From contig JABCTC010000001.1 of assembly GCA_018238545.1 (NCBI GenBank), forward strand, positions 88,977-152,976: 64,000 bases of DNA, read 5' to 3'. Below are positions 41,077 through 50,726 of the stretch, piece after piece. Both the position numbers and the translations under genes were made by a program. The notes under the pieces were generated by a model. It saw nothing but the letters and a program-made list of their open reading frames with translations. It made no database searches and was not told the origin of the DNA. How positions within the stretch are numbered: position 1 is the stretch's first letter; the number at the start of each line of letters is the position of its first letter. This stretch comes from Candidatus Heimdallarchaeota archaeon (GTDB lineage Archaea > Asgardarchaeota > Heimdallarchaeia > Heimdallarchaeales > Heimdallarchaeaceae).

Positions 41077-42330
41077 TTATTGGCTATTGCTTTCCGTGAT
41101 TTCTATTATCTCGTCTACTGGAGTATCTGGTTCTAGTACCTTCTTTTCTCTGAAAACCAGTTTTAGTAGTAATGGAGTTATAAGTACAGTTACTAACACT
41201 AATAGAATTGCCATAGAAAAAATATCTTGAGTAAATATTCCATTTAACAATCCTATTTCAGCAATAATAATCACGATCTCTGCTCTAGGCATCATTCCAA
41301 CAGATAATTGGGCTGATTCTATGGGTTTGAACCCAATAATAGAACCTCCAATAAATGTTCCTAAAGCTTTTGAACCAATAGCTATGGGGATAATTAAAAG
41401 ATTCACTAAAGTGAAAATTTTCCAGTCAAGTTGAAAAGTGGCACCCACCGTGAAGAAGAAGAGGGGAATGAATACACCCTCACCAATTTTCACAAAAGTT
41501 TCTTTGATTTCCTTAACTATTATAGAATTTCGTTGTAAAGAAAGCCCTAATAGAAATGCTATGATCGCACCTGAAAAACCCAAAAAACTTGCAAAGAATG
41601 ATAAAGAAACTAGTAATGCAAAAATGATGCCTATCGAAAAATGTTGAGTAGAGGAACGAGAGAAAATATTAAATCTCTTCTCTAGAAACTTTAGTATTTG
41701 TGGGATTATTAGTACTACAACAACAATAAATATCGCTAAATATAGGATTTCAAGCCAAGGGTTCACTTCAGGATTTGGAAACAAAGTACCTCCTAAAACA
41801 AGAACGAGAATTAAAGCTAGAAAATCGTCTAAAACTGCTACCGATAGAGCAGCTCTGCCTACCCTTGTGTCTAATTTTCCTAAAGCACTTAGGGTTCTAA
41901 CTGTAACACCAATACTAGTGGCTGTAAATAATAATCCAAAGAAAAGAGCAAATTTGTAATCTTGTTTAATTAAAAAGTACCCAGTAAGAAACCCTCCAGC
42001 TAAGGCTGCTAAAACCTCAGTAATTGATATCGTAAGACATTGTTTACCTATTTTTCTTATATCTTTAATATTTATTTCCAAACCAACAATGAATAATAGT
42101 AAAAGTATACCTATTTGAGAAAATTGCTGCAACGTACCAGCATCCATGAAAAATGAAACATCTACACCAATCAACAGGAAAAGCGGTCCTCCTATTAGTA
42201 TTCCTGCAACTAACTCTCCAACAATCGCAGATAATTTCATCCTCTCAAAAAATTCACCAAATAATCTAGCCGAGAAAAGACCTATACCTATAAATAATAG
42301 AATATGGGTGATTTCAAGGCTTTCAACCAT
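41077..42330 (-). CDS. CPA2 cation:proton antiporter
   Basis: VGELVAGILIG, ATSIG, AVLDD, GMMPRAE. Confidence 0.9.
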   Translation of the reverse strand: MVESLEITHILLFIGIGLFSARLFGEFFERMKLSAIVGELVAGILIGGPLFLLIGVDVSFFMDAGTLQQFSQIGILLLLFIVGLEINIKDIRKIGKQCLTISITEVLAALAGGFLTGYFLIKQDYKFALFFGLLFTATSIGVTVRTLSALGKLDTRVGRAALSVAVLDDFLALILVLVLGGTLFPNPEVNPWLEILYLAIFIVVVVLIIPQILKFLEKRFNIFSRSSTQHFSIGIIFALLVSLSFFASFLGFSGAIIAFLLGLSLQRNSIIVKEIKETFVKIGEGVFIPLFFFTVGATFQLDWKIFTLVNLLIIPIAIGSKALGTFIGGSIIGFKPIESAQLSVGMMPRAEIVIIIAEIGLLNGIFTQDIFSMAILLVLVTVLITPLLLKLVFREKKVLEPDTPVDEIIEITESNSQ

Positions 42331-42830
42331 TATGTTTCACCCGTTCGAACTATATTGTGTTGTTTTTTAATCTCTCTACATTTTAAAATCAAATCTTTTT
42401 GTAAAATGACTCCTTGTAGTTCTGATTCCTTTTTTGAGATAGCTCTAGGCAGAAAATTTGTCTCATATTTCAACATTAATTCTGCAATTTCTTCTAATTT
42501 AGTATCATCATAAACATAAGGCAGATGAGTTTTAGCTAAATCACAAGCTCTGGTCGTAGATAACATTTGGCTTCTAGAAAAAGCACTTCGAATATCAGAG
42601 TGTTTAGGTAAGAAAAGCCCAAGAAGATCTCTTAGTGTAATAAATCCTCTAGATATGCGTTTCAGGTTGATAACATGAATTATTGGAGTTTCTTGATTAA
42701 GAATCACAGAAAATATGTCGAAACATTCGGTATCTTCTATAACAGTTTTAATAGGTCTTAAAGGGAAGTTACATGCCTCTAACTCACTAAGTTTGGTGAG
42801 TAAACCTTGTAAAGAAATATCCTTATCCAT
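42330..42830 (-). CDS. CBS-domain protein
   Basis: GFITLRDL and GVILQKDL; paralog of 40488-40976. Confidence 0.8.
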   Translation of the reverse strand: MDKDISLQGLLTKLSELEACNFPLRPIKTVIEDTECFDIFSVILNQETPIIHVINLKRISRGFITLRDLLGLFLPKHSDIRSAFSRSQMLSTTRACDLAKTHLPYVYDDTKLEEIAELMLKYETNFLPRAISKKESELQGVILQKDLILKCREIKKQHNIVRTGET

Positions 42831-42954
42831 ATTAACGCATAGTCGTGTGATTTTTTATATGTTTCGCCAAAAGGAATAGAAAGAAAAAATGAAGGAAGTT
42901 CTATTAGGTAAATTCCTAATTAGGTTCAAAGGTTCCATCCTATTTCTGATTTTT

Positions 42955-43363
42955 TTATTCTATACTTATTGTATTTTTGGCAAAAATTTTCCTCACTTTA
43001 TCTGATCTTAGTAAGGTTCTTATGAACTCAATGAAAAGACATAAGCCTATAGTAAATGCTAAAATCATCATCCAGTCTCTACCAGTTAGGAAGTAGAAAT
43101 AACCCTCAGAAAAAGAACTGAAAATAACTCCTAAAGGTTTAACGTACAAAGTAGTGATTAATAAAACCCAAGATATTAGGATAGCTCCAATCATATGTTT
43201 ATTTTTAAAAGGATTTGATTTGAAAAGTGACGTATCATTGTCATTTCTCGCTATGAAAATAAACCATAATTCAAAGGATAATGTAGTGACAAAAGCTAAT
43301 ACTTGTGCATAAGCAACAATATTCTTTTTCATGAAAACTTGATAGGCTGAGGTAGGATCTGCG
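42955..43363 (-). pseudogene. C-terminal fragment of a P-type II (Ca/Na) cation ATPase
   Basis: AQVLAFVTTLSFELW...SLFKSNPFKNKHMIGAILIS..LLITTLYVKPL is Cation_ATPase_C-like; no catalytic domains upstream. Confidence 0.7.
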
Positions 43364-43970
43364 CTACTCCTATTTCACTAAAGAAAACGGTTGCCATATC
43401 AAGAAAATCAAACCCGTTGCCGCTAATACTACTCATAGTAATCCCTTTTGATACTTGAACAAAAATAACAGAAGCTATATCATCAAGTGCAAGAATTACA
43501 AGGATTGCGGTAGTTAAAACACCTGCTGCTTTATATTCCCATAATACTTCAGTGGTTGCTGCTGGTGCAGTTGCAGCTGCTAGTGATCCTAAAATGAGAG
43601 CTGAATAAAAATTCATATCTGTGAGAAAATATACTGCAGTCGTTACTATTACGAGTGTACCAAGTGTATCAGCTAAGAGAATAAGAAACATTTTCCTGTC
43701 CATTTTTTTCAAGGTTTGCCAGGATAATTCCGCGCCGATATTAAATCCAATCAACCCTAGTGTAATAGTTATTATGTGTGGCGTGATAACATTGACCATA
43801 TCTGTTTGCATGAAAGGAAAAATACTTCTGTTAACAAATCCGATTAGATAACCAATGATTATGAACCCCAAAACTTTAGGAATATGTAACTTTTTTAATA
43901 CTCTCGTACCGAGTAAACCTACAATTAAAATTAACCCAATCTCCGATAGCATGACCCCTATTTCACTCAT
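43329..43970 (-). pseudogene. N-terminal half of a CPA2 antiporter, truncated at a fusion junction
   Basis: AATAPAATTEVLWEYKAAG, LALDD; only 213 aa, tail runs into the ATPase fragment. Confidence 0.75.
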
Positions 43971-44325
43971 ATGTTTGTATCACCCTTCGTTTTATTTAAT
44001 AACCTTTAGAATATAACATATACAGGTGATTAGTTCATATAATGATAGTCTTATTTTTATCACTATACTTTGTTTAAAACAATAATTGTCTTATTAGTAT
44101 AATTTTAAGGTTATTCTTATGGTGATTCGCTAATACTTCCTCTTTTTCGTTAAACATTTAAAAGAATCGGTGTAGAAGTTAAAATTAGTGTGTTATACAT
44201 CAAAGCTTTCGTGTTTTTTAGTTGATATCAAAAAAACTGAAAAATATTTCTTGATCTCTTTGTTAAAGATAAAAAATGGTAACCTTTTAGGTTAAATTTA
44301 AAAATCTCCTCTTTTTTCTTCATCT

Positions 44326-45159
44326 ATGAGTTCTGAATTCGAGAATATAGCAACTACACTATTCATTCAGGTTGGAGAAGGGGGAAAAGACAAAATTCGT
44401 GTTCTTTATTATGAACCTGAAGGAAAAATCAAAGATACCGTCGTCTTAATACCAGGATTTGGATCCTTACCTTCAGCATGGGATACCTTTCTAGATGAAA
44501 TGAAAGAAAACTATCGTATTTATGTTATAGAAACAAGAGAAAAACATACAGCAGAATTAAGCAAGAAACCTGAATTAAATGAAAAAAGATTCGCAAAAGA
44601 CATAGCAGACGCTATTGAATATCTGATGCTTGAAGACTATCTTCTTGTAGCCTCAAGCATGAGTGGAGCTTTTGTATTAGTTGCATTAAGCATGCAGCTA
44701 ATAAAACCTAGAAGAACATATTTGGTAGGGCCTGTTAGAAGGGTAGAGATCCCTGATTTTGCTTGGCCCTTTGCCTTCTTTGCTATTGGCCCTGTTTGGT
44801 ATTTGATACTTAAACCTCTGGTTAAACTTTGGCTCAAATATGTTTATCTTGATCGGACTCAAAAGGAACAAGCTAAAAAATACTTTGGTTACTTCGATAA
44901 TTACAATGTTCCTAGAGCTAGAAAGAGCATTCTTACTATGAGAAAATTCAGAATAACTGATGAAGATTTGAACAAGGTAGAAGCAAAATGTATCTTAATA
45001 GGAGCTGAAAAAGATAAAGCTCATGCTGCTGATATAACAATAGGTGTTGGGAAAGCAATTAAAGACTCTGAATACTATGATTTGGAAACTAATATTGCTA
45101 CTCACAGTACACCTTTTGTTGAACTTATTGAAGAATTGGAGCGCAAAGCAAAGAAGTAG
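44326..45159 (+). CDS. Alpha/beta hydrolase
   Basis: VVLIPGF, ASSMSG elbow, GAEKDKAH. Confidence 0.75.
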   Translation: MSSEFENIATTLFIQVGEGGKDKIRVLYYEPEGKIKDTVVLIPGFGSLPSAWDTFLDEMKENYRIYVIETREKHTAELSKKPELNEKRFAKDIADAIEYLMLEDYLLVASSMSGAFVLVALSMQLIKPRRTYLVGPVRRVEIPDFAWPFAFFAIGPVWYLILKPLVKLWLKYVYLDRTQKEQAKKYFGYFDNYNVPRARKSILTMRKFRITDEDLNKVEAKCILIGAEKDKAHAADITIGVGKAIKDSEYYDLETNIATHSTPFVELIEELERKAKK

Positions 45160-45343
45160 AATTGAATGTTATCAATACTAACTCTTGGTTAACATTTGCA
45201 ACTATAATATTAGTAAATGCAGATATTCTTGAAAAACAACAAGATAAAAAGTTTAAATAACACATCTTTATTTATTTCATATTAGTTTACCTTGTCACAC
45301 TCATATACAAAATTGAGAAAGTGCTGGTACCGGAGGATAAGAG

Positions 45344-47728
45344 ATGTTTGCTCCCTTTGCTAAACGGCATACTATGGCCTTTAAAAGCCCTATAATAGTT
45401 AATCTGATTAAGAAATTAAAAGAGGAAAAGGAAGCAAATGTTAAATCTTTTTCAAAGAATTGTCTAGATTATGCTCTTAACAACGATGTTGATGACAATA
45501 TAAGAGATCTTTCAGTTGATGTTGCTATTTGTAATAGGGATTTTAAGTCAGTCCTAACTTTGACTGAAGCTTACTCAAGAACCGAATATTATATCTATAG
45601 AGCTTATGCTTATTCTAGATTAGACGAAATTAACAAGATTATTAGTTTGAAATTAAGATTTCATCAAAAATACACAAAAGCTCTAGATAGTCCTCGCAAT
45701 GCTTTTATCATTACAAGCATGGAATTCCTACTCCTCTATGGGGAGCAAAATTATTCAATGGCTATAGCCACAATCGATGAATTAGAAGAATTAATAGCTA
45801 AATATCCTGAACAGCTAAATGGGAAGCTATTCACTTCTTTGATATTAACTCTTGCATGTCAAACCTACTTACGTGTTCACAATTTTGGTAAAGTAGATGA
45901 AGTTGCAAGACAAATCTTGAGCTATGCAGTTGAACAGAATGATCCTTATTTCCAATCTGTTGCATTGAACTTGATTACAACTGTACTTATTAACTATGGA
46001 GAATTTAGGAAAGCTCAACGTATGTCAGCTGCTGCAATTCTTCCCACTGAAGAGACAGGTTTGGATGCAGATAGAGCAAGTTTACTGAATAATTCAGCAA
46101 ATCTTGAATTAGCTAAAGGAGATTACAAGAAAACAGTGAAACTCTTGCAACAAATCTATGTTTTAATAGCTAATAATCCTCATGCTCAAGCAATAAGTGC
46201 AGTTAATATTGCTGAACTTCATATATTATTGAATAATTTTGAAGATGCTGAAAAAATGCTTGAAGAAGCTATCAATTTAGAAACTTTTCATAAATTTAAT
46301 CTAATTGAACCTTACCTGTTACTATCTTGGATATGTATTAAAAAGAAGAATTACAAGAATGCGCAAGAAAACTTGGATATCGGTAAAAAGATATTTGAAG
46401 AAACAGGAGAGCTAAGAAAGAAGCCAAATATCCTCTATTTTCAAGGAAGGTTAGATTATGAGAATGGGAAAATAGATGAAGCGGTAAAATCCTATGAGCT
46501 AGCAAACAAAGCATCTGAAGAATTACAAAACATTGAATTTATGATTAAATCTCAATTCCAGTTAGCCAAGCTATATCTAGGAAAGTTCAATGAAACCAAA
46601 GAATTGGCATATTACTCCTCAGCTCTAAATTACATAAACAATTTAACATTCTTGTCAGAAGAACAATTCATACCTAAGTTAATGTGTGATTTACATATCT
46701 TGAAAGGTAGACTTCTTGCTCAAGTAGGAAAGAGATCTAAAGCCGTTGATGACATCCTAATAGCTTTGGAAATTGCTGAACGATTCAAATATCGATCTCT
46801 TCAACAAGATATAAAAGAACTGCTCCGTAAAATTGAGAGTGATAAATCTGATGAGGAAGAAGACGTTAAAACATTAATGGAAAAAGGCATTCTCGAATCA
46901 GAAAAAATTACAGAAATTTTACAGAAGTATGAAGGTTTTAAGTTTGTTAAATCACCCAAGAAAGTTGACTCTAAATTACAATGTGTAGCTTTAGTTGAGA
47001 AAGATACTGGAGTAATAAAATATCGTTATGCTACTAAGCATGAACAAAACAATGTTGCTTCAATCGTACCTTCTTTAGTTGCAGCAATAAACATGTTTTC
47101 TTCATTGGTGTTTGACGAGGATATAGTATTTGAAGAATTAAAAGAAGAGGACAAAGAGCTATTAATCAAACACATAGAGCCCTACTTACTAATAATAATC
47201 ACAGATAAAATAACATACAATCTTAAAATTCAATTCGAGCGATACGCAGAGGAAATAAAGAAAATTTTACCAAGTCTAGAACTAATAGATACTGACACAG
47301 TGCAGCATGAAAAACTTGATTCCATCACAAACATATATTTCCTCGAGAAAACACGAACAAAGAGTGAACAAGAAGAGACGAAGAAGAAGAAGAAGATTAC
47401 AATAGTGGAAAAGAAACCAGAACCTGAAGAAAAATCAACCAAAGAGGAAGATTCAAAATCACCAACAGGTATTGCTGATGATTTAAAAGAAGAAGAAACA
47501 GAACACGGAGTTGATGTATCTGAAGAAAAAGAAGATGTTTCTGAAAAAAAAGAAGATGTTTCTGAAAAAAAAGGATCATCAAAACCCGAACAAGATAGTA
47601 TGATAGAAGAATTAGATAAAGCGGTTGAAGCAGTGGAGGAAGAGTTCAAAGATAGAATTGGCAATCTAAAAACTGAAGAAATAGTTGAAACAAAGAAGGA
47701 CGAAACTGAAAAGAAAAAAGAAGAATAA
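45344..47728 (+). CDS. TPR protein with longin-like domain and acidic low-complexity tail
   Basis: TPR helices; IVPSLVAAINMFSS longin-like helix; E/K-rich tail. Confidence 0.8.
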   Translation: MFAPFAKRHTMAFKSPIIVNLIKKLKEEKEANVKSFSKNCLDYALNNDVDDNIRDLSVDVAICNRDFKSVLTLTEAYSRTEYYIYRAYAYSRLDEINKIISLKLRFHQKYTKALDSPRNAFIITSMEFLLLYGEQNYSMAIATIDELEELIAKYPEQLNGKLFTSLILTLACQTYLRVHNFGKVDEVARQILSYAVEQNDPYFQSVALNLITTVLINYGEFRKAQRMSAAAILPTEETGLDADRASLLNNSANLELAKGDYKKTVKLLQQIYVLIANNPHAQAISAVNIAELHILLNNFEDAEKMLEEAINLETFHKFNLIEPYLLLSWICIKKKNYKNAQENLDIGKKIFEETGELRKKPNILYFQGRLDYENGKIDEAVKSYELANKASEELQNIEFMIKSQFQLAKLYLGKFNETKELAYYSSALNYINNLTFLSEEQFIPKLMCDLHILKGRLLAQVGKRSKAVDDILIALEIAERFKYRSLQQDIKELLRKIESDKSDEEEDVKTLMEKGILESEKITEILQKYEGFKFVKSPKKVDSKLQCVALVEKDTGVIKYRYATKHEQNNVASIVPSLVAAINMFSSLVFDEDIVFEELKEEDKELLIKHIEPYLLIIITDKITYNLKIQFERYAEEIKKILPSLELIDTDTVQHEKLDSITNIYFLEKTRTKSEQEETKKKKKITIVEKKPEPEEKSTKEEDSKSPTGIADDLKEEETEHGVDVSEEKEDVSEKKEDVSEKKGSSKPEQDSMIEELDKAVEAVEEEFKDRIGNLKTEEIVETKKDETEKKKEE
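47513..47575 (+). repeat. Three 21-bp coding tandem repeats (DVSE[E/K]K[E/G])
   Basis: gatgtatctgaagaaaaagaa / gatgtttctgaaaaaaaagaa / gatgtttctgaaaaaaaagga. Confidence 0.85.
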
Positions 47729-47892
47729 TAAGATTAAGAAAAATAGTTTCAATAGTTTTCTTGAAAAACATGAAAAAGGCAATTTTTTCTCTCAATTTTA
47801 TATACCAATTTAAAGATAATAGGTAAAGTTAGACTTTACAATTGTAATTTGTTTAACATCAACAGACATCAGAATCAAAGGAGAGAATATTT

Positions 47893-48231
47893 GTGTGGGA
47901 TTTATTGATAATAGAATACGACCATTATGTTGATCCCAAAACAGGTGATAAAAAATCAACTGAAGCAGAAAGATATAATGTAGGAGAATCTAAGTCTTTG
48001 AGTAATTTTCTACTGAACATAAAGAAAGATGTTAATCGTAACCCTGAATTCTTTTGTCATGCTTGTGGTTTTTGGACAAGTTATTCATTAGTTTTACAGG
48101 ATGGAGAGAACAATTTAGTCTGTATTAGAAACCTCTATGAGATTTTCATGGAAAATGATGAGACTAGTTGGAATTTTGATTCTTTGACAATTAAACAGCT
48201 GCAAGAAATACTAACTAACGGAACAGTGTAA
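47893..48231 (+). CDS. Hypothetical protein (CxxC)
   Basis: GGAG upstream; FFCHACGFW. Confidence 0.55.
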   Translation: MWDLLIIEYDHYVDPKTGDKKSTEAERYNVGESKSLSNFLLNIKKDVNRNPEFFCHACGFWTSYSLVLQDGENNLVCIRNLYEIFMENDETSWNFDSLTIKQLQEILTNGTV

Positions 48232-48312
48232 GAGTTCCGAATTTTAGGTAAATAGGTAAAATATAAATATGTATCAAAAAAACAATAGCTAAAAACCATA
48301 GAGGAATACAAA

Positions 48313-48480
48313 ATGAGTGAAAAATGGATATGTACTTTGTGCGGATATATTTACGATCCAAAAATCGGTGACCCAGAAGAAGGTGTTGAACCTGGAACAG
48401 CATGGGAAGACGTACCAGAGGATTGGGTATGTCCTGAGTGTGGTGCCACTAAGGACGATTTTGAACCACATGAAGATTAA
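48313..48480 (+). CDS. Rubredoxin (55 aa, missed by the ORF track)
   Basis: [50 protein letters not shown]; GAGGA upstream. Confidence 0.97.
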   Translation: MSEKWICTLCGYIYDPKIGDPEEGVEPGTAWEDVPEDWVCPECGATKDDFEPHED

Positions 48481-48545
48481 GAGATATTCTCTTTATCAGT
48501 ATTTTTTTGTTATTTTTTATTTTTAATTATTTTAACTGCATATCA

Positions 48546-48692
48546 TTATGACATGAATTTTGTACAAATTCTTTAGAAGTGCCTGAGCACATCATGGGGA
48601 CGCCATTTACCCTCCTACACCTCCCACAGCTTCTTGCAAAGATGCTTACGGTTCGCTTTGAGGTTTTTGTTGGATTTAGCTCCGAGGATCAC
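48546..48692 (-). ncRNA. Conserved structured ncRNA candidate, copy 2 (strand inferred)
   Basis: Homolog of 29080-29225 with covarying stems; minus-strand TTTAAATA at ~48731-48738. Confidence 0.7.
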
Positions 48693-48756
48693 TATGGGTC
48701 TTATAATTCTAAGTCAATGTGTTTCATTCGTATTTAAAAGAAGAAGGATGAAGAAA

Positions 48757-48963
48757 ATGCAAGATGTTCAAGTATTGAATTCTTCTAAGGTTACAGCCTC
48801 TGTACCTAGTACCTTTACCTCAGCTAAGTCTTCAGCTCCTAAAGAAGCTATTAAAATTGATGAATATGCTGTTGCATATTGCCCTACTTGTGGGAAAAGT
48901 TTTACAAAAAAATACACATTTTGCCCTAACTGTGGTTCATGTAAAATAAAAGGTATGTTGTAA
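48757..48963 (+). CDS. Small zinc-ribbon protein
   Basis: CPTCG...FCPNCG; start ATG 48748 or 48757 (the longer TTG start overlaps the ncRNA). Confidence 0.7.
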   Translation: MQDVQVLNSSKVTASVPSTFTSAKSSAPKEAIKIDEYAVAYCPTCGKSFTKKYTFCPNCGSCKIKGML

Positions 48964-49020
48964 TTTAGTGTTAGAAAATAGGGGAAAAAGAAAGAGGAAG
49001 AAGAAAAATATTGGTGATAT

Positions 49021-49538
49021 TTAATCTAAAGTTAGATTAGAAGATTTCATTTCATCTGCTTTAATTAGGTCAACTGTTAGTTGAATCTTATCAGCAAAAT
49101 CAACTTTTTCTTCCATCTTTTTCTTTAGCTCTTCTTGTTCTCTTTCTGTTTTCATTGATACTTCTCGTTCTTGTGCTTCATCTTCAAGTTTCAGTACTCT
49201 AATAACTATATATCCTACAATGCCTGCCATAAGGATCAAAACTGCTACAATTCCAAAAATAATTGATGTCGGTATGAATCCAGCTAGTGTTGCTGCTATA
49301 GTTGCTGCGAGTAATGAAGCTGCATTTATAATTAAATCGATAATCCCACTGACTTTTCCCAAATGCTCGTTTCTTACTATAGTTTGAAGAAGGGTTGAAA
49401 ATGGAATATTAAAACCTACATTGATCATTCCTATTAGGGCAAATCCAGCATATAGCCAAATAGCTCCTCCAGGCAAATATGGTGCTACTGCAATGAAAGT
49501 TAAGCATAAACTGGCAACCATTACTGTAAATCCATCCA
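49021..49538 (-). pseudogene. C-terminal fragment of an MFS transporter
   Basis: NIPFSTLLQTIVRNEHLGKVSG; only ~4 TMs present and no 5' part. Confidence 0.75.
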
Positions 49539-50051
49539 TCAATCGTTGTTTGGGTGCCTTTTAATGAAGCTTGGGGACAATTTCAAACAGAAGAAGTAAC
49601 AGAGTTTATTAGATCATTAGATAGTTCTAGATTAATCAATAGTGCTTCTGGTTGGGTAGATAAGAAGGTAGGCGATATAAAGGATATTCACGTTTATCCA
49701 GGACCTGATATACCTAAAGTTGAAGAAGACCGTGCAGTTGTTTTAGGTGAATTTGGTGGTTTAGGATTCAAAGTACAAAACCATATCTGGAAAACTAGAA
49801 TTTACTGGTCTTATAAGAAGTACAAAACTAAGAAAGAGCTAATCACCAATTATACTAATTTGATTAAGAAGACTAAAACACTAGTCAAGCAAGGATTATC
49901 TGCTGCGGTATATACTCAAACTACTGATGTTGAAGGTGAGATTAATGGTTTTATCACTTATGATCGTAAGAAAACCAAAATGCCCATGAAGAAAATTGCA
50001 AAATTGAACAAAAGTTTGTACAATAAACCTTCTCTTAAAAAGAAAAAATAA
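49533..50051 (+). pseudogene. C-terminal fragment of a GH2 glycoside hydrolase
   Basis: HPSIVVWVPFNEAWGQF, LGEFGG, AAVYTQTTDVEGEINGFITYDR; N-terminal domains absent. Confidence 0.8.
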
Positions 50052-50159
50052 ACATGAAAACATACATTTTACGTTTTTTTTCTATTATCTTTGAGTAAAG
50101 TTTTTTTTGGACTAATAGCTAACTTAAAAACACCAATCATCACTGTAGTCTTGAGGACT

Positions 50160-50375
50160 ATGAAATTAACTGTTGAATACAATATACCTGATATGCATTG
50201 CAAAAAATGTGCTGATAAAATCTCGCTTGCTCTACAATTTACAGCAGGTGTTTCTTCCGCAGATGTAAGTCTAGACACCCTACACGCAACAGTTCAAATC
50301 GATCCTTTAATGATAACTGGGAAAAGAATTAAAGCGATGATAATAGCTCTTGGATATAATGCGATGATAATCTAA
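50160..50375 (+). CDS. Heavy-metal-associated (HMA) domain protein
   Basis: DMHCKKC motif. Confidence 0.8.
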   Translation: MKLTVEYNIPDMHCKKCADKISLALQFTAGVSSADVSLDTLHATVQIDPLMITGKRIKAMIIALGYNAMII

Positions 50376-50469
50376 ACTTTCATTGTTCTGTCTATGAAAT
50401 TTGCTTTTTTGTGAGAATACAAAGATACAGGCTTTATTTCCTTACTTCCCTTATTAACAATCAAAACTG

Positions 50470-50691
50470 ATGATAACCATGAATGAAATTAAACTAAAAG
50501 TTGAAGGAATGACATGTGGTCATTGCCAAATGACAGTAAAAAAAGCTCTTGAAAATGTTAAAGGAGTAAAATCCGCTGAAGTTGATTTAGAAAGCAAGTC
50601 AGCTCTAGTAAATTATAAATCTGATAAAGTAACTGTAGAAAATCTTGTTCTAGCTGTAACAGATGCTGGATATAAAGCAGAAGCAATGTAA
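50470..50691 (+). CDS. copZ: Copper chaperone CopZ
   Basis: GMTCGHC motif, directly upstream of copA. Confidence 0.9.
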   Translation: MITMNEIKLKVEGMTCGHCQMTVKKALENVKGVKSAEVDLESKSALVNYKSDKVTVENLVLAVTDAGYKAEAM

Positions 50692-50726
50692 TAGAATAAA
50701 GATGCTTATTTAATTAATAACAAAGG

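Noticed and set aside
48215-48526. Track ORFs 48215-48403, 48289-48471 and 48317-48526
   Set aside because: They overlap the real rubredoxin gene at 48313-48480
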